A stretch of DNA of 53,569 bases from Octopus sinensis (lineage: Eukaryota), in the NCBI RefSeq assembly GCF_006345805.1, contig NW_021833859.1, positions 1 to 53,569 on the forward strand, written 5' to 3'. The notes below the pieces were generated by a model. The model searched no databases and was not told where the DNA came from. It worked only from the letters and a program-made list of their open reading frames with translations. Shown one piece after another: positions 49,431-53,569 of the stretch; within the stretch, counting starts at the first letter, position 1; the number at the start of each line of letters is the position of its first letter. Made by a program: the position numbers and the translations under genes.

Positions 49431-49967
49431 GACTGAGCCATTACGCTGCAATACCGCATTGGCCCACGTTTTCATTTACATGTTCGTCTCAGTTTTACAT
49501 TAAATCAATCCAAATTTCCAAATTAGAATTGCAACGAAAAGTTGGAGCCATTGATAAAGACCAGCTCTTCACCTCACATTTATCAGTCTCGCTCCACACT
49601 AGAAAATGATTAGTTCCATAACAAAAATCAATCAAATTAATTACGAAAACCCTCATCATATAAAAGAAAATGACTACGTACCTCAGTATTTTGTCTCACA
49701 GAAAAACCTGAAAGTACCGCGATAGTGTAGCCAGAAATACGTAAGAAAGACTTGAACATTTCCTCCATATTTATTGCAGCTTATAATTGCTTATTGTCTA
49801 GCTTGTTTCTATCAGAGGAGACACATTCTCGATAGCACGTCTCTGAAGGCAATAATTTTCTAACTTCATTATTACTAACTCCTGAGCTGGTGTCCAGTTA
49901 AATTCGCTCCATAAACAGGACCGAGCGAAAGAGGCGTCAACATTGCGCAGAGAAATAATCTACGGAA

Positions 49968-50025
<58 letters not shown>

Positions 50026-50899
50026 GAAAAGATATTGATCTGTATTTAAATCATTACTTAGCAAGTGGCATTAATTGAAAAACTACGATGTTGCCGGGTT
50101 ATCTAGCAAGTACACAACAACTTTGTGTGTATGTCGGACAAATCGATACGAAACAACCAATTAATAATCGCATTGTCAGAACGAATAATGCAAGGTAAGT
50201 TGATAATATATAATGCTAACGTTTTATCTATAAAGGGAAGTCTAGTGCAATACTTAACGACTGCATGTTTATAAAAGATCTGGCGTTTCTTAAAACATTC
50301 CCATAATTCCATTACATCTGAGGCCGTTACAGCCAGAGCTAAATGGACATTTGAAGAAAACTACTGTTTCTTGGCGATAATGTCAGTGAGCCATTCGGCT
50401 TAGAGTTCTTTAATGCTTCCACTGTTTATTATTTATAGTGGTGCTAGTTAGAAGAATTATTTATTATCCAATTGTGAAAATCTCAGAATAAATAATTTAT
50501 ATCCGGCTTTTTCCTTACACAACTTCCTATGTCTACTCCGAGAGTTAATTTTATCAAATTTTATGACGGACGTAGCACACGATCCGATGTTGGCACGATT
50601 TACTATTAACTTCGGAAATTTTATTGGCGACATCAATATATATTGGCCCTACAATTTCAAGTCTAGATGGATAATCTTAATTTCACTATCTACTTAGAAT
50701 CTTTGCTAGAGAGAAACAATCTTATTTATAGTTCATCTTATTCGCTATGCTGCTTTTGTCGTTTTCTCCTCAATTTTCTATCTATAATTTGCATCGTCTA
50801 TACAACATCTTTGCATAACCCGGAAGCAAAACAATTTAAAGATCCATACACAAACACACACACGCACCACACACAAACACGGACACAAACGTATTTACG

Positions 50900-50906
50900 C
50901 CTATAT

Positions 50907-50947
<41 letters not shown>

Positions 50948-51038
50948 GTATGTATATGTATATGTATCTATATCTATATGTATATATATATGTATATATA
51001 TTGTATATATATATATGTGTGTGTGTGTATATATATAC

Positions 51039-51069
<31 letters not shown>

Positions 51070-51360
51070 ATATATTATACATATATATATATATGAACAT
51101 ATGTATATATGTATATATTTATATATATGAACATATGTATATAATATATAATATATATATATATTTATGTATATGCTTCAATACAAACACATATACATAC
51201 ATACATACGTATATATATATATATATTAATATATATATATATATATATGCAAACATATTTATGTATATGCTTAAATACGAACACATATACATAAATATAT
51301 ATATATAAACATACAGACATACAAACATACGTAGATATATATATATATACATAGTAACAT
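50900..51360. repeat. Degenerate (TA)n/(TG)n tract
   Basis: Direct reading. Confidence 0.9.
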
Positions 51361-52120
51361 GCACAGACTGCATACATGTGCGCAAGTATTCGAAATAAAA
51401 GCGTACGCTGCGCATACAGCTTTGCCATTTAAACCCACACACGTACATACATATACCACCACACACACACACACGTACATGAATGCATAGATATATACAA
51501 GCATGTGCTTGTATATATGCTAAGTAAGCAAAAATCGGACATGATTACATGTAGACACAAATGTAATTACAGAAAAGAATACGATGAATGCATATTTTAA
51601 CTCCGAAATTATGTAAAGCTACGCATTATTTCCTTCTAAGCATTGATGTATACAGATGTTTATATACGAATATAGGTGACTGTGCGTGCGTGTATGCTTG
51701 TGTATGCGTATGTATATACATACATATACACGCACGCACATATATATATATTCATATATATATATATATATATATAGATACACACACACATATATATATA
51801 TACATTGATTTATGCTTATACGGAAAATTAAATATCAATTACTTTCATGCAATACATTGCGTGTTTGTCTCTATGTGTATATATGCATGCATGCATGTAT
51901 GTATGTATGTATGTGTATGTATGTATGTATGTGTGTATATGTGTGTGTATATATGTACACCATACACTTACTCACACTATATTATGATTCAAGCGTAGCA
52001 TATAACTGTATATATGTATATATGTATATATATATATATATGTATATGTATATATACATATACATATTCGTTTATATTTATGTATACACACACACACACA
52101 CACATATATATATACATATT

Positions 52121-52356
52121 CTTTTATTCTTTTACTTGTTTCAGTCATTTGTCTCTGGCCATGCTGCAGCACCGCCTTTAGTCGAAACAATCGACCCCAG
52201 GACTTACTCTTTGTAAGCCTTGTGCTTATTCTATCGATATCCATTGCCGAACCGCTAGATTACGGGGACGTAACTACACCAACATCAGTTGTCAAGCGAT
52301 GGTGGGGGAAGCACAAACACAGACACAAATACACCGTGTATATGTATATATTTATG

Positions 52357-52397
<41 letters not shown>

Positions 52398-52420
52398 GTC
52401 GAGCTTCTTTCAGTTTCCGT
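52121..52420 (-). mobile_element. SINE family A copy (head missing; ~110-bp local duplication follows)
   Basis: Tail and body match; GTCGAGCTTCTTTCA.TTTCCGTG at ~52398 and ~52509. Confidence 0.8.
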
Positions 52421-52571
52421 GTATATGTATATATTTATGCATATGTATATGTATATATTTATGCATATTATATATATATATATATATTATATATATATAT
52501 ATATATACGTCGAGCTTCTTTCAATTTCCGTGTATATGTATATATTTATGTATATGTACATATATATAAAT

Positions 52572-53120
52572 AGTTATTCCTTCGAGTACACGAAAGGAAT
52601 CGTGGAGGAATCACTGGGCAGGAATCTTACTCTTTTCAGCAAAGAAAAGAATTTGGGTTATGGAATGGTTTGAACATGGCGTGTAGACTACGATGAACTC
52701 ATTCAACAAGTGAACGAGGTAAGTGCAAAGAATCGCAAATGGGGCTCAGGTCGGCAACCATTATTTTCTGAGCTGGAAGACGACATCTGTGAATGGGTTG
52801 CTAAACAGGAGAGCAATGGGTTTGGTTGTTCGCAGAACTGATATTCAAGCATTTGCCCTTGCAAATGCACCACAGTTTGGTACATTTCCAGAAGAACTCA
52901 AAACATCACAACACTGGCTGGATGGTTTCTTTCAGCAACATGTACTTTCTCTGAAAAGGTCGACAATACCGTTCAAACCGGAAGACACCGAGATTATTAA
53001 ACGTGCACTTGCATTTAAGTCCTTTGTTTGCTATGGATGGAACTGCTGTGTTCATGGAGCAAGGAACTCAATCGACAATTGATCAAAGGGGTGCGTCGTC
53101 AATCTACATTCATTCCACAG
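52572..53120 (+). pseudogene. Decayed pogo/Tigger-like transposase (Brinker-like DBD, CENP-B/Tc5 HTH, start of DDE_1)
   Basis: SYSFEYTKGIVEES ... GSGRQPLFSELEDDICEWVAK / GLVVRRTDIQAFA ... SQHWLDGFFQQHVLSLKRST / AMDGTAVFMEQGTQSTIDQRGASSI. Confidence 0.8.
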
Positions 53121-53569
53121 TAATGACGCAGGGACCTACGGAAACGTCAAATGCGTCTTGGCCTTCTTTGGCCTTGTCAGTGACGTGTACACCGTAGTCG
53201 CATGCCCGGATGTAATTTCCCCCTTCCCATATATAGCAAACAATGAATATATTTACTGATCTAGCGGAAGCTTGCCGAGCTGAAAAAAAATTCGACGTAC
53301 GCAAGGGAAACAACTACGAGTGTGTGTCTGTGTGTTTGTGTGCTTATGTGTGTTCGTGCATATGTGGGTGGGTGAATCATACATTTAAAATATACTAATT
53401 AAAACCTTCGTGTCCGAGTTTTGATGTTATGCATATCTAACGTAATTTGGATAATGGACATTATCTAGTCATCATCAATTATCTCTCCCAATTCTAATTA
53501 TTTCCTTCAGAATAGAATCTTGATCTCCTTAAATTCAGCTTTAGCAATGTACCTTGCGTAAATGCTGGC

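Overview
This is AT-rich, microsatellite-dense eukaryotic DNA. The SINE families look like those of Octopus (recalled, not database-checked). No complete host gene is visible; there is one candidate minus-strand internal exon at 47739-47848. Two long, young-looking elements dominate. (1) A full-length L1/Tx1-clade LINE (13339-18605, minus; gag-like ORF1 plus APE-RT-CCHC ORF2) with a perfect 18-bp target-site duplication. (2) A full-length Helitron (32017-38118, plus; A|TC...hairpin-CTAG|T) with a Rep-PIF1 ORF. The frameshifts I could reconstruct in both are mostly 1-bp losses in short base runs, so they may be assembly errors. The most notable observation is the LINE's target. It sits inside a ~480-nt non-coding repeat unit carrying a type I hammerhead ribozyme (13229-13276, minus). 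The unit is arranged as a partial tandem plus an inverted terminal copy that starts at the predicted cleavage site, which matches a Penelope-type pLTR/retrozyme. Several more hammerhead motifs occur: three within 600 bp at 48.5-49.2 kb, a tRNA-headed head-to-head pair at 8.3-8.8 kb, a variant at 5.9 kb and two half-motifs. The rest is tRNA-derived SINEs (including Nin-domain concatemers), decayed Tc1/mariner/pogo and RLE-LINE fragments, a non-autonomous Helitron and simple repeats. All folds were checked by hand only; none is tested for activity.
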